Below, piece after piece: positions 1-10,977 of a DNA stretch of 64,000 bases. Each line of letters begins with the position of its first letter. Positions within the stretch are counted from its first letter, which is position 1. The stretch lies in IMG/VR virus record IMGVR_UViG_3300005826_000294, positions 124,001 to 188,000 of that record; one strand, written 5' to 3'. A program made the translations under genes and the position numbers. Below the pieces are notes generated by a model, which searched no databases, was not told where the DNA came from, and saw nothing but the letters and a program-made list of their open reading frames with translations.

Positions 1-875
1 AGTTCATTTGGGACGGATAATGATAAACCCAAAACATTACTTCGTCTTTCACTACGATACTCTGAATTTACAACTGGAGGAACAGTACTATCTAATCTTT
101 CATTTTCTTCTTTATATGTTCCAACAACATATTCTCTTCCATATTCATAAATAACTTGTCTATCTTCAACAAATGCTGGGTTTCTATATATTTTTCCTCC
201 AGTTTGTCCTTTTACTGATTCACCAAGTCCTCCAGATATATATGTAACTTGTTTGCTTGGATCCCAACCAATTTCTTCTAATGATTGCTCAGATTCAAGT
301 CTGGAAAGAAAATCTACAAAACTTTCTTCAACATCTTCTATTTTTACATCACGTCGAATAACACCAGAAGCCTTAATTCCATAAGGAGATATAGTATAAT
401 CTACAGGTGAAGAATGTTTTATGGAACAACGAAAACTATCACTTCCTCCACCAATTATAATTCCTTCTCCAAATTCATTATCTAAAACAATTTCTTCTAA
501 TTTATTACTATTATTTAATCTTATTTGAGATCCTGTTGGACCTTGTAATACAATCTCTCCCTGATCTAATGAAGGAAAACCCTGATCATCAAAATCAACT
601 TCAGAAATAGATGCTAAATCATCACTATAATATGCGTTTGTTGGAAGAATAGCAACAGGGAAATATGTTTTAAAAGCCCCCATAGTTAAAACAATAACAG
701 TTCCAATTTTTATTCCAACAAATATTCCAGAACCACCTTGATTTCCAAATGGATGCGGAATTGGGACTGTTGGCCCTGGATTATCATCATCTAACCATCT
801 CGTATGCATTATACCATCAGCATAATTCACACTTGATACAACAGCTCTTCTTGAAACCGCAGATGAATATCTCAT
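1..875 (-). CDS. Baseplate central spike (gp5/VgrG-like) N-terminal part, truncated by the window edge
   Basis: Not in the ORF track. Open frame from ATG at 875 to the edge (MRYSSAVSRRAVVSSVNYADGIMHTRWLDDDNPGPTVPIPHPFGNQGGSGIFVGIKIGTVIVL...), immediately after the hub stop. The function call rests on position and an OB-fold-like start. Confidence 0.6.
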   Translation of the reverse strand, partial: MRYSSAVSRRAVVSSVNYADGIMHTRWLDDDNPGPTVPIPHPFGNQGGSGIFVGIKIGTVIVLTMGAFKTYFPVAILPTNAYYSDDLASISEVDFDDQGFPSLDQGEIVLQGPTGSQIRLNNSNKLEEIVLDNEFGEGIIIGGGSDSFRCSIKHSSPVDYTISPYGIKASGVIRRDVKIEDVEESFVDFLSRLESEQSLEEIGWDPSKQVTYISGGLGESVKGQTGGKIYRNPAFVEDRQVIYEYGREYVVGTYKEENERLDSTVPPVVNSEYRSERRSNVLGLSLSVPNE

Positions 876-3800
876 TTAACTATTCCTTTTCCAACCACCA
901 ACTGGAGGTTGTCTAAGTCTAATTTCAATAACATTTTTCAATGTAGGATCAATTCCTCTTGTTTTTTGGCTTGCTACTAATCCAGATTTAAGGAAATTCT
1001 TCTCAGAAGTGGATAAATTTTTATATTCTTCTGATTGTCTAATATATGTGGAATCAATATATGCGGCATTAATTTGATAATCACCTATATTTTTATCAGA
1101 AGTGTTAATATTATTTGTATTAACAACATCTCCACGACCATCTGCTCCAACACCTCCAGATGGTTCTCCCGGAGCATAAGGACTATGAAACCAACTTCTT
1201 ATCCGACCTATACGAATATTTTGCTCATCTTTATCTCCACCATAAGCAATAAGATAAATTTTTGAAGATTCGGAAACTCTATTACTGAAATCTCTTTTTG
1301 CTATTGAGGCCGCTCGTTTTAATTCTTCAAAATTTCTATTTCCTCTTTGAGCTCCAAGTAAATCTGTATTATTTTTAGCAAAATCAACTACTCCTATAAT
1401 AGTATCCTCTGGAGGAATATCTCTTCTCATTCTATATGCCGTATGAGTTCTACCTTTTGTAACTAAACCTTTACCAATAACATCTAATGGTGTAGGAATA
1501 TATTCTCCCGGAGAATGACCATATGTTAATTTAAGAGTTGTATTAAAACTACCATTATAATTAAATGAGTGTTGCACGGACTCTACATAATATAACATAT
1601 TTCTATGAGTAATATAAACAACATCTCCAAGTTGATAAAATTCATTTCCTATTAATGTAACAGTTCCAGTTATAGTATTTTTTCTTTGTCTAGAAAGTAA
1701 CATAACAGCATATGGAGCACATTGTAATTCAGCACTCCAAAAAAATGGTTTTTCAAAACTTTTTTCAGTTCTCCAACCATATTGTCTCCATAAATCAAAA
1801 TCTGTTCCAAATGCCGTATATACTGGAATATTTGCTAAACTTCCTTTTTCTCCAACAAGTGGTTCTGTCCCATTAACCGAAACACTCGTCATATTTGGTG
1901 GTTTTTCTGTAAATGTTGCTGATATAATATGTTCATCCTTAATTACAAATCTTTCTCCAGACATATGACCTAAAACATTTTTAGTATCATCTTCAACTAA
2001 TTGATCATATATCATATCTAGTTTCTTAAAATTAGAATCTACAAGTCCTTGATCTGTAAAAGCAACTTTTCCAGAACTCATATCTCCAACTTGAATATTT
2101 TGTTCTAATATTTTATCTAATAAAAGTAATAACTTAGACCTTCTACTTATAATATTAGAAATATTTGATATAATATTAGCAGCATCGGATGAAGGAGTTC
2201 TCTGTCCATTTCTAGAAACTCCAATTTTTGCTTTACTATATTCTGGAATACTTGATAATTTTGTCCCTCTTAATCTAACTAATTTTTCTCTAGCATCATT
2301 ATATAAATCTTCATTACCAATAGTGGTATTACTAGTAAGATCTCCTTCAAAAGTTCGTTTTTGTAGATTTACCTGACTTCTTGCCGTAAAAGCTCCACCT
2401 CTAACTCCCTTACTTAATTGAATATTTTTATTTGCCTGAGAAACCGTTGCTTGAAGAGATTTTCTCTCTTGTGGTGTTTGTGCGAAATTTCGCCCAGCAA
2501 TCTCAGATAATGAATTAAAGTTAGCAATAACAAAAATATCTCTTGTGTTCTCTCCATCACTTAAAAGTTTTTGAGTATCAGCAACTGTTTTATATCCTAA
2601 TAAAGCACCATTTAATACTATTTCTGTTTCAAGTGTAATGATCTCTCTAAGTATAGATTGTTCTCTGCTTAAAAATAGATTTTTCAAAAAATCTGGAAGA
2701 ACATCAATTCCAGAAGATTTCGCCATAGAAAATAAATTATTAAAAACAGATGCTGGAGTTCTATTATATTGAGGAGGACGAAAAACTATATGACCCTGAG
2801 AATTACAAAAAATCTCAAAATTAAGAGTTTCAGCAACCGATTTACATATGCTAAGAACATCCTGCCATGAACTTTTCCAAAGATCAGGAGATTGCTGTTC
2901 TTTAAACTTCAATACAAATGCTTGGATATCATAATCTTTATCATATTCATCGGAAATAATTAAATAGTTACGGTCCCTATTTCGTATAATATCTTCTCGT
3001 CTTCTAAGAGAAGCATGTCTTAACCTATCACCAAATAATTTATAATCTTTCCCATTTCCTAATAAATCAAGAGTAATATCATTTCCAGCGATAAATAATA
3101 CGCTTCCTTTTAGTTTTTCGTCTTTATCTTTTTCATATCCACTAATTTCTTTATCAATTTGATCAATAGATTCATTAAGAGATTCTATTTTAGAATTTAA
3201 AGCTCTTGCTATTCTTTTATCACTTGATTTAGAAATTGCTAAAAATTTATCTTCTAATTCCGCCAATTCTGTTCTAAGTTGTGTTAATCTTGAAGATGAT
3301 CCACTAAGTTGTCTTTGAACTTTTAAACCATCAGCAAAAGTTTTAGGATTAATATCATAAGTTTTAAATGGAGAAAAACCTCCTTGAACAATATTAACTG
3401 ATCTTTGAACATCTAAAAATGTATGAAAGTATTGTTTATAATCATTGTAAGTAGTATCTGCAGAAAAAGAACCAGAATTAAGAGCGGTTTGAACAAATCT
3501 TACGGGATCATATGGATGTCCAGTTACTAATAAACTAATAACATTAGCTGCATCCATATTATCAAATGGAGTGTTTGAGGAATATTGACCAATTTCTCTT
3601 CTTAATTGATTATAACTTACAACAGTCCCATCTTTTGGATCCGTTGTAGCCATGTTATAAGTAGCAGTTATAATTCCAGGTTTCCATCTATAAACCAACC
3701 CAGGGGCATGTTGAAATAAAGTAACAAGGTTTCCACCAGTCTGTTGAATATCTTGAGCTGCATCATTTTCTGTTTTTACCTGAATTCCAATTTTTGCCCC

Positions 3801-5582
3801 AGTATCGAAATATACTTTTGCTTCACCATTAAGAATTTTTTTATTCGCGTCCGACCATTCAGGTTTTCCCTTTGGTAATCCAGTTGCAGGATCAGTACTT
3901 ATATTAAATGGAGTTAAAGGATCATATACTATACCCTGAACCTGTTGTAAAGATGGAGATTGATTAAATCGTGATAAAGAAAGCCATTCCATATTGCTAT
4001 TACAAGAAACAGATAATATAAATTTACCAGAATTAGCATTATATTTATCCGTTACATTATTAACAACTCCACCAAAAACTTGAATTCCTCCCTCCCCACT
4101 TCCCTGTAAAGTTCTTAACACTTTGAAATGTTTAAATTTCATATGCTGACCTTCACGTTCCCATTCTATTCTTAATAAATCATCATCTACTTGTGCTTCA
4201 TTTTGTAATCCAAGAATGTTTCCAGTAGCATTAAGAGATCCGGATATAGTAGCTAAATTAAATTTTTCATTAGGATCTTCTATATTTCCAGTTTCTCCTA
4301 ATCTTCTTGTCCCACCATCTATAAAAATATGAACAGAATCAAGAGGTTGAATAATAGATTTTCCCATATGATAAAGTCTCATTTTTTCTCTAGCATATTT
4401 TATCTGTTCTTTTGACTCTTGAGATTTCACTCCACCAATACCATTAAGAAAATTCTTACGCATAGCAAATTCATAATTTTTTAAATTAGTTAAAACAGAT
4501 TTAAATAAAGTTTCCTCTACACTATTAAGAGTGTGTGGTTCTGGAATATCATCCAAATTGTCTTCTGTAATTTCAAAACCAATAGCATCAATTACAGCAG
4601 AAACTCCATAATTGCTTCCAACACCTACGGAAAATGTAATAGCACTTTTACCATTTGCTTCTCTTTCTTTTTGTAATTGAGCATCAGATGCTTGAGATGT
4701 TGTTAAAGATAATCCAGCCGCACTACTAATAGCATCAACAAATCCAGAAAGAGCAGTATCTCTTAAAGCCATTTCAATATCTTGTTCTGTAACAATTAAT
4801 ATTCTATAAGGATCTTCAATATTAAAAGATGCAGAACCACTTCCATTTATATCAAGATTTGTATTAACATCTGAAATAGCAGTTATTTCAAAAATACCAT
4901 TTCCTGGACCAAGTTCTTCTATAATGGGAAAACTACTATCAACATGATATGTTGTTATATCTGGAGGTTGTCTATCAGCTTGGGCTCTTTGTAACTGCAT
5001 AGCTGAAGTAAAATAATCTATTTGCCCTAATTCTTCGCTGGATGTTGATATTAAAGATGCTAAAATTAAACCAGGACTCATTCCTAATTCTTCTAAACGT
5101 TTAATTTTTGTTAATCTTTCATATAAAGCCATCGCTTCACATTTAGATGCAGTTAATCTTTTAATGGCTCTTAATAACCATTTTTCTGCTGGGTCCATTA
5201 ATGTTGGATCATATAGATGCTGTAATCCTGAAAAAGCTCTTTTTTTAATAATAACACTTGTTTGAGGAGATTGGCTATATGTTTGCCTAACATTCGCTTC
5301 TTCTAATGGAGAAACTTCTCCACCTTGAACGTTTCCTCCAGGAATTGCTTGACGGCCATCTCCAACAAAACTTGGATCAAATTGTTCTTGATTTGACCCT
5401 CCAGTTAATTTATCAATAACATTATTTATATCACTTTGTATAGCCTGAAAGGATGTTTTTCTTCCCCTATCTCTGTTTGGTTGTGGAAAACCTGGAATAC
5501 CAATAGCATCACCAAAATCACCTAAAATATTAAGTGTTTTGTCATCAGATAAACTTGGTTGTGTAGTCAAAATAATAGACAT
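876..5582 (-). CDS. Large baseplate hub protein (gp27/gpD-like)
   Basis: 1568 aa, downstream of the tape measure. C-terminal 'TVTLIGNEFYQLGDVVYI...YYVESVQHSFNYNGSFNTTLKLTYG' is typical of hub proteins. Confidence 0.7.
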   Translation of the reverse strand: MSIILTTQPSLSDDKTLNILGDFGDAIGIPGFPQPNRDRGRKTSFQAIQSDINNVIDKLTGGSNQEQFDPSFVGDGRQAIPGGNVQGGEVSPLEEANVRQTYSQSPQTSVIIKKRAFSGLQHLYDPTLMDPAEKWLLRAIKRLTASKCEAMALYERLTKIKRLEELGMSPGLILASLISTSSEELGQIDYFTSAMQLQRAQADRQPPDITTYHVDSSFPIIEELGPGNGIFEITAISDVNTNLDINGSGSASFNIEDPYRILIVTEQDIEMALRDTALSGFVDAISSAAGLSLTTSQASDAQLQKEREANGKSAITFSVGVGSNYGVSAVIDAIGFEITEDNLDDIPEPHTLNSVEETLFKSVLTNLKNYEFAMRKNFLNGIGGVKSQESKEQIKYAREKMRLYHMGKSIIQPLDSVHIFIDGGTRRLGETGNIEDPNEKFNLATISGSLNATGNILGLQNEAQVDDDLLRIEWEREGQHMKFKHFKVLRTLQGSGEGGIQVFGGVVNNVTDKYNANSGKFILSVSCNSNMEWLSLSRFNQSPSLQQVQGIVYDPLTPFNISTDPATGLPKGKPEWSDANKKILNGEAKVYFDTGAKIGIQVKTENDAAQDIQQTGGNLVTLFQHAPGLVYRWKPGIITATYNMATTDPKDGTVVSYNQLRREIGQYSSNTPFDNMDAANVISLLVTGHPYDPVRFVQTALNSGSFSADTTYNDYKQYFHTFLDVQRSVNIVQGGFSPFKTYDINPKTFADGLKVQRQLSGSSSRLTQLRTELAELEDKFLAISKSSDKRIARALNSKIESLNESIDQIDKEISGYEKDKDEKLKGSVLFIAGNDITLDLLGNGKDYKLFGDRLRHASLRRREDIIRNRDRNYLIISDEYDKDYDIQAFVLKFKEQQSPDLWKSSWQDVLSICKSVAETLNFEIFCNSQGHIVFRPPQYNRTPASVFNNLFSMAKSSGIDVLPDFLKNLFLSREQSILREIITLETEIVLNGALLGYKTVADTQKLLSDGENTRDIFVIANFNSLSEIAGRNFAQTPQERKSLQATVSQANKNIQLSKGVRGGAFTARSQVNLQKRTFEGDLTSNTTIGNEDLYNDAREKLVRLRGTKLSSIPEYSKAKIGVSRNGQRTPSSDAANIISNISNIISRRSKLLLLLDKILEQNIQVGDMSSGKVAFTDQGLVDSNFKKLDMIYDQLVEDDTKNVLGHMSGERFVIKDEHIISATFTEKPPNMTSVSVNGTEPLVGEKGSLANIPVYTAFGTDFDLWRQYGWRTEKSFEKPFFWSAELQCAPYAVMLLSRQRKNTITGTVTLIGNEFYQLGDVVYITHRNMLYYVESVQHSFNYNGSFNTTLKLTYGHSPGEYIPTPLDVIGKGLVTKGRTHTAYRMRRDIPPEDTIIGVVDFAKNNTDLLGAQRGNRNFEELKRAASIAKRDFSNRVSESSKIYLIAYGGDKDEQNIRIGRIRSWFHSPYAPGEPSGGVGADGRGDVVNTNNINTSDKNIGDYQINAAYIDSTYIRQSEEYKNLSTSEKNFLKSGLVASQKTRGIDPTLKNVIEIRLRQPPVGGWKRNS

Positions 5583-6367
5583 TATTCCTTCTCTCCTCCA
5601 AAACTTAATGGAGTGTTTTTAGAATCAGATTTATAATAACTCTTTGGTTTTCCTGAATCTGGATCAAAAATAGCGGCTTCACGTTGCCAAGGCATGATAT
5701 TTGATCTAACTCCTCTTCTATCTAGAACTGTGAATGATAATGTGTAATTATAAACACCAACACCATTATTTACTGATTCTTGAACATCAAAACTATTAAA
5801 ATACCCCTTAAAAACCCATCCTTGAAAATACATTTCTACTGAAACAGCAAGAGATCCTAATGTTGGGAGTGTTGATGGAGATGAATTACCTCCAAGAAGA
5901 CCAGTTATTAAACCACCAGTTACATTACCAGCAAAATCTCCTCCAGATTGTTGTGCTCCCGCTCCTATAAGTCCAGCAATGTTTCCTCCAACAGAAAAAG
6001 CATTTACCCTATCTGCCAACATTTGAGCTACTTGTTGAAATGAATCCTGTTCTGCTCTATAAACCTTTCTAAGAATATTAATACCTTCTATTCCAGATGC
6101 TCCAGTATTTCCTTGTAATCTTATATCTATTAATTCTTCCCCCCAATATTGTATAACATACCCACCTTTTGTTCTTTGTTTTTGAATAATTTTTTTTTCT
6201 GAAATATTCATTTGCTGAGGATTAATATACATATCTACAAAACCCAATCCTGGAACTCTCCAACGAATAAGCTGACGGGATTTCCTTCCTTTTGGTGTTT
6301 GAGGATTATTTGCTATAATATCTGGAAGTTGTAAATTGCCTTCTCTACTATTATATTCACTAGCCAT
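5582..6367 (-). CDS. Tail tube initiator / baseplate-tube junction protein
   Basis: 261 aa between tape measure and hub; 'MYINPQQMNISEKK...RTKGGYVIQYWGEELIDIRLQGNTG' resembles tube-fold initiators. TAATG-coupled on both sides. Confidence 0.55.
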   Translation of the reverse strand: MASEYNSREGNLQLPDIIANNPQTPKGRKSRQLIRWRVPGLGFVDMYINPQQMNISEKKIIQKQRTKGGYVIQYWGEELIDIRLQGNTGASGIEGINILRKVYRAEQDSFQQVAQMLADRVNAFSVGGNIAGLIGAGAQQSGGDFAGNVTGGLITGLLGGNSSPSTLPTLGSLAVSVEMYFQGWVFKGYFNSFDVQESVNNGVGVYNYTLSFTVLDRRGVRSNIMPWQREAAIFDPDSGKPKSYYKSDSKNTPLSFGGEKE

Positions 6368-8610
6368 TATTCTCTCCTATCAGCATTTAAAGCTTGTGGA
6401 AGAACCTCTCCTAGAACTTCCATAATTGTTTTATGAACTTTCTTATCATCAGAATCAACTTTTATTACTATTTCTGATTCTGTTCTAGTAACTAACATAT
6501 TTGGGTTCTCTTGTTTTATAACATTTTCTTCTATATTCCTTGTTGTTTTAATATTCTCCATAACGGCTGGACTTGTATTAATAATATCTCTGTTTGATGA
6601 AGAATTAGCAATTTTTTCTAATGCTACAGAAAGATTTGGATCATTTATACCAGTCATCCCTCTTGGCATCATTGCTAAAGTTTGAGTTTTAGGAAGAAGA
6701 TCTCCAGCTCCTGTGGGAAGTCTCTCATTTGATAATCTATCAACTCCCATAAGTCCTTCAAGTATGTAATTTGCGGAGGTTTTTTCTAATTCTATTGGTC
6801 TTGATCCCATATTAAGTTCATTTTGAAAAGTTCTAGCAGGACCAGAAAATCTTCTAAAATCTGTCCCATATCCTCTAAGACCTTCTTTTGTTGCATCTAT
6901 AGCGGCAGGCATGTTTCCAGCTAATTTTAAAGCCCTTGCAGATCCAAGTTTTAAAGATGGTGTTTCTGTAATAGAAGTTGGTTCTAGACCTCCTCCACGA
7001 ACACCCATTCCAAGTCTATTAAATCCTTTTAAATCACTTTGTATGTTCGATAAAATACTATTACTTTGAGATATTCTTTCTCCCAATGCCCGTTCCATCT
7101 TTTCAATAGAAGTAACAGTATTTGCCTGAACATCAGTTCCACGTTTCATTAAATCATTTAATTGACGACTTCCATCGATACGAGATATTCCTCCTTGTTC
7201 AACTCCCTTTAATGTTTCTAATACTCTATTTTGTTGTTCTGTATTCGTAATACCCGCTAATTTTCCAAGCATTTGTCTTTGAAGAACAAACTGCATTTCA
7301 AGTTGAGGATTATTGGCAGCCTGTTCTAATGTTAGAATTTGTCCACCACCAAATCTCGCAATACTAGAAGTAAGAGATTCTAAATTTTTCTCTAATCCAC
7401 CGGGACTTCGCATAGCTAATTCCATTTTAAGACCACCACCAAGAGCTGTTGCTCCCTGAAACATTCCGCTCATCATCCCAATAAAAGCACGATTTTGAAT
7501 ACTCATATTAGCAATTCCAGTTGTAACTTGATTTACTATATTACCAACTTCATTGGCCGCGACACCTCCAGCAGTTAATGAAGAAGCAAATTGTTTCCAT
7601 ATGTTAGTGGCCAAACTAGCATTACTTCCAAATATCCCCATTGAACTACTGGCTTTCATAATTTGTTCAGAAGCCATAGTAGCAGGCATAAAACCTTCTT
7701 TAATAGCTCCATGCATCTCACCCAACATATTAATCATACTTTCACCACTACGATTTAATTGTGTATATGCTTGTTGTTGTATGTTTGAAGCATTTTCAGT
7801 ACTAAGTCCCCAAGCTTTCATTCCAACTTGAGCTAATTGACTAATAGTTATTTGTTTATCTTGAATATAATTATAATTAACTAAAGCAGCATTAGCGGTT
7901 TTTAAAGCATCAGGTATAAATCTAACTTGATCGTTATATTTTTTTGTTTCTTCAAGTCCAAGTCCAAGAGCCATAGCACTAGCTCTCATTCTTTCTGGAA
8001 ACTTTTCTGCTTCAGCATCTGCTTGACCAATACTTTTCCCAAGAGACATAAAATTAAATCGTGCTAGATTTTGAACTTCCAAATTATCTCTTAAACTTTG
8101 ATTCAGACCAGAAAAAATTCCTGTAGAAAAACCTTTAAAATCTTTCATAGGACTTACCATGTCACGAACCATTGAAAAATGATTTAAGGCCATAAGTCCT
8201 ACATTTTCTTTAAGTCCTTCACCGACAGATCTTAATCCAGGCAGTAAATTGCTCATTAAAGATTTTCCAGTATTTACTATCTTATTGATAAAAATACTCA
8301 TTTCACCACTAGCATCTGAACCTTTTTTCTTAAAATTTTCTAAATCTCCTAGTAAATTTCCAAAAGGAATAGCGTTAATTTTATCTCGTAAATCATTAGA
8401 TGTAGATGCAACTTTCCCTAAAGTTTCTTCAATTTGTTTGAATTTTATAGTATTTTGCTCACCAGCCACAGCCATTTGTTTTAGAGCATCTTTAAGACCA
8501 GAGGCTTTTTGTGTTAGAATATCTAATAAAGATTGTAAGTTTCCAAGATTTTTAACATTAGAAGCCTGTTCTAATAGTTTTGATATTGATTCAAGATCTA
8601 CTTCAGCCAT
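6367..8610 (-). CDS. Tape measure protein
   Basis: 747 aa, Ala/Gly/Met/Gln-rich helical composition, directly downstream of the tail chaperone pair. Confidence 0.75.
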   Translation of the reverse strand: MAEVDLESISKLLEQASNVKNLGNLQSLLDILTQKASGLKDALKQMAVAGEQNTIKFKQIEETLGKVASTSNDLRDKINAIPFGNLLGDLENFKKKGSDASGEMSIFINKIVNTGKSLMSNLLPGLRSVGEGLKENVGLMALNHFSMVRDMVSPMKDFKGFSTGIFSGLNQSLRDNLEVQNLARFNFMSLGKSIGQADAEAEKFPERMRASAMALGLGLEETKKYNDQVRFIPDALKTANAALVNYNYIQDKQITISQLAQVGMKAWGLSTENASNIQQQAYTQLNRSGESMINMLGEMHGAIKEGFMPATMASEQIMKASSSMGIFGSNASLATNIWKQFASSLTAGGVAANEVGNIVNQVTTGIANMSIQNRAFIGMMSGMFQGATALGGGLKMELAMRSPGGLEKNLESLTSSIARFGGGQILTLEQAANNPQLEMQFVLQRQMLGKLAGITNTEQQNRVLETLKGVEQGGISRIDGSRQLNDLMKRGTDVQANTVTSIEKMERALGERISQSNSILSNIQSDLKGFNRLGMGVRGGGLEPTSITETPSLKLGSARALKLAGNMPAAIDATKEGLRGYGTDFRRFSGPARTFQNELNMGSRPIELEKTSANYILEGLMGVDRLSNERLPTGAGDLLPKTQTLAMMPRGMTGINDPNLSVALEKIANSSSNRDIINTSPAVMENIKTTRNIEENVIKQENPNMLVTRTESEIVIKVDSDDKKVHKTIMEVLGEVLPQALNADRRE

Positions 8611-8620
8611 TTAAAAAACC

Positions 8621-8962
8621 TCACTCGAAGGGTGTATATTTTATATCATCAAAATCCATATCAACAATTTGAGAGTATTGGGAAGATTCTCTTTCTTGTT
8701 TAAGCATATCTAATACATCAAGTTCTTTCTTTTCATTAGGTAATCCTCTACCAAACATGTTTTCAACCATATTATTAAAATCTTCATCTGATGTTTCAAA
8801 AGAATTATCTCTTGCGTCTCTAACTTGTTGAACTCCCTCTGGATTTACAAAAATAGCATTATGTTCCGCTATATCTCTTAACATTTCAAATTGTTCTTTT
8901 TTATCCAAAAATATTTGAGTTTGATACCATAGAAGTTGAGCATCATTTAATTTTTCAAACAT
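8621..8962 (-). CDS. Tail assembly chaperone, C-terminal (gpT-like) part, probably expressed as a frameshift fusion
   Basis: The frame is open for 24 more codons upstream, to 9034, where it overlaps the slippery end of the upstream chaperone. Confidence 0.7.
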   Translation of the reverse strand: MFEKLNDAQLLWYQTQIFLDKKEQFEMLRDIAEHNAIFVNPEGVQQVRDARDNSFETSDEDFNNMVENMFGRGLPNEKKELDVLDMLKQERESSQYSQIVDMDFDDIKYTPFE

Positions 8963-9030
8963 AGGATCATCAACATGTTTCTGATAAATCTTACAAAGGT
9001 CCCATCGGAGTCTATGTGATGATCCCTGTG

Positions 9031-9468
9031 CTATTTTTTTACTTGATCTAATCCAAATTGTTTATCACATCGTTCAGCAATATTAGCATATGATTCAAGT
9101 AATTTTGCGATTACGGGTGTTTGAAGAGAGGATATAATATCCGTTTTAATAGAAATTTGATTTCCAGAAGGTTTAGGATGAAGAGATTCAAGAGGTTGTC
9201 CATTAACGGATTCAACAGCAATCGCTAAAAGTTTTATATTAAAATTAAACATAGTTTCTTCATCTAATTCATTTTTTCCAAATTCTTTTGATAGTGATAT
9301 TCTTTCAGTCGCACTAAGAGATCTTATTGAAAACATTATACCACCAATCTCAACTTCTTCTTTAATACATCCAAGTTCTATTAAAGATTGTAAATCAGTC
9401 ATTTCTATTTTAGATTCTTCTTTTGTAGCACCAACAGTACCAAGAATTTTATGATTTAGTTCTATCAT
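9031..9468 (-). CDS. Tail assembly chaperone (gpG-like)
   Basis: 145 aa between tube and tape measure; ends GTA AAA AAA TAG. Confidence 0.75.
   Translation of the reverse strand: MIELNHKILGTVGATKEESKIEMTDLQSLIELGCIKEEVEIGGIMFSIRSLSATERISLSKEFGKNELDEETMFNFNIKLLAIAVESVNGQPLESLHPKPSGNQISIKTDIISSLQTPVIAKLLESYANIAERCDKQFGLDQVKK
9034..9040 (-). other. Programmed -1 ribosomal frameshift site A AAA AAA
   Basis: X XXY YYZ heptamer just before the TAG. The -1 frame reads IAQGSSHRLRWDLCKIYQKHVDDP into MFEKLND at 8962 with no stop. Confidence 0.75.
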
Positions 9469-9557
9469 TTTACATACCTCTCCTATTTACCTAAACGGCA
9501 TTTAAACTTAACAAAAATATGGAAATTTCTTTCTTGATTCATTATATTACCGGCAGG

Positions 9558-9583
9558 AAAAAGACCAAGAAATTATCTCGGTC
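9558..9583 (-). terminator. Rho-independent terminator after tube gene 2
   Basis: Minus strand GACCGAGA-TAATT-TCTTGGTC followed by TTTTT. Confidence 0.7.
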
Positions 9584-9590
9584 AATAATT

Positions 9591-10226
9591 TTATTCTGCA
9601 AATACAGCATTAGTAAGATTAGAAACATCCATAGAGCCTCTATAACCTGCTCCTGGAGTTGCCCCACCAGATCCAGAATCAGTTGCAGTCTCTCTACCAA
9701 AAGTATCAGTTTGAGGCTGAATACCACGAGAGCCACCAATTACTGCTGAGTTCTGTGTGCTTCCAAGATTTGTTCTAATATCTTCAATTAAAATTTGAGC
9801 ATCTTCCTGAATAATGAAATTATCTGCTTGATATTTTGGAGAATATCGTGAAAACCAACAATTTTCAAGAGTATGAACCACAGCTCCATCAGTATCACCA
9901 GCAGTTCGATCAATAATTTGAATATCAAAAGGAATTAATTGAGATTTAATATTAATAAAACCTCTTTTAAAAGCCTCTGTAAGTCTAAGTCGATCAAAAA
10001 CAACTCTTGTAATATTTGCTTCATATTCTGTTGCTTTATTTGGTACAATTTCCAGAATTCCATCAAGACCAACTTCTTTAACTCTCTCAAGTCCTCTGTT
10101 TTGCGTAATGTTAATACTTTGAATAGCACCAACAGCCTCATTATCTACTTTAATAAGTATTTGGGTAGAAAGTCCCGTGCTAATGTTGCTGTTTAAATTT
10201 GATCCTGTAAGTGGATAGGAAACCAT
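9591..10226 (-). CDS. Tail tube protein (paralog 2)
   Basis: 211 aa, after the sheath, followed by a terminator; clearly paralogous to 10964..11566. Confidence 0.75.
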   Translation of the reverse strand: MVSYPLTGSNLNSNISTGLSTQILIKVDNEAVGAIQSINITQNRGLERVKEVGLDGILEIVPNKATEYEANITRVVFDRLRLTEAFKRGFINIKSQLIPFDIQIIDRTAGDTDGAVVHTLENCWFSRYSPKYQADNFIIQEDAQILIEDIRTNLGSTQNSAVIGGSRGIQPQTDTFGRETATDSGSGGATPGAGYRGSMDVSNLTNAVFAE

Positions 10227-10227
10227 A

Positions 10228-10977
10228 TTATTCCTCCATAAATATTTTATATTTTTTTCTCTTCCTATCTAAAAAATTGGCCTCGCAATCTTCATATAAC
10301 CAGTCCATTATTTTTATTACTTGCTTTCCGCCGAATGAAATTCTAAAACAATTTCCATGTTTATGAGAAACTTTCATTCCTCCAGTTAAATTAACATGAT
10401 GTTTTATTTTATTTCTACACCATTCCAATATATATTTGGATCCAGAATATATTTCAAAACTTAAAGGATTTCTACAACATAAACTTCCATCGCCATCAAA
10501 ATATCCTCTAATATAATGTCTATCAAAACGAACCGGCATATTTTCTGGAGGTTGTATAACTAAAGATTTACAAGAACCTATATTAAATTTTCTTTTTAAA
10601 TCATCTCTAATTATATCCGATCTGAACTTAATATAACAAGAATTATTTTTCTTAATTACCTTACTAGAAACTTCCACAAATTCTTTAAATTTTTCTAAAT
10701 GATTGTAGTCTATTAAATGTAAATTTATTGATATTTGATTACCAAAAATACAACCATCTGCTCCTAAAAACCCTGCCCAATAGCAACTATTTTTATTAAA
10801 ACTAGAAAATACATTATCATTTATAGATATTTTCCTTTTAGGACCAGTCTTTCTTCTTTCAATATTATTTTTTTTTAATTTATTAAAAATAGTAGTTTCA
10901 CTATATCCTATTTTATTTCCAATTTCTTTTAAAGTAAGTCCTTTATTATATAATTCAATAATATTATATGTTTTCAA
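10228..10977 (-). CDS. Free-standing LAGLIDADG homing endonuclease with N-terminal HTH
   Basis: Motifs YWAGFLGADG and YIRGYFDGDG. Confidence 0.85.
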   Translation of the reverse strand: MKTYNIIELYNKGLTLKEIGNKIGYSETTIFNKLKKNNIERRKTGPKRKISINDNVFSSFNKNSCYWAGFLGADGCIFGNQISINLHLIDYNHLEKFKEFVEVSSKVIKKNNSCYIKFRSDIIRDDLKRKFNIGSCKSLVIQPPENMPVRFDRHYIRGYFDGDGSLCCRNPLSFEIYSGSKYILEWCRNKIKHHVNLTGGMKVSHKHGNCFRISFGGKQVIKIMDWLYEDCEANFLDRKRKKYKIFMEE

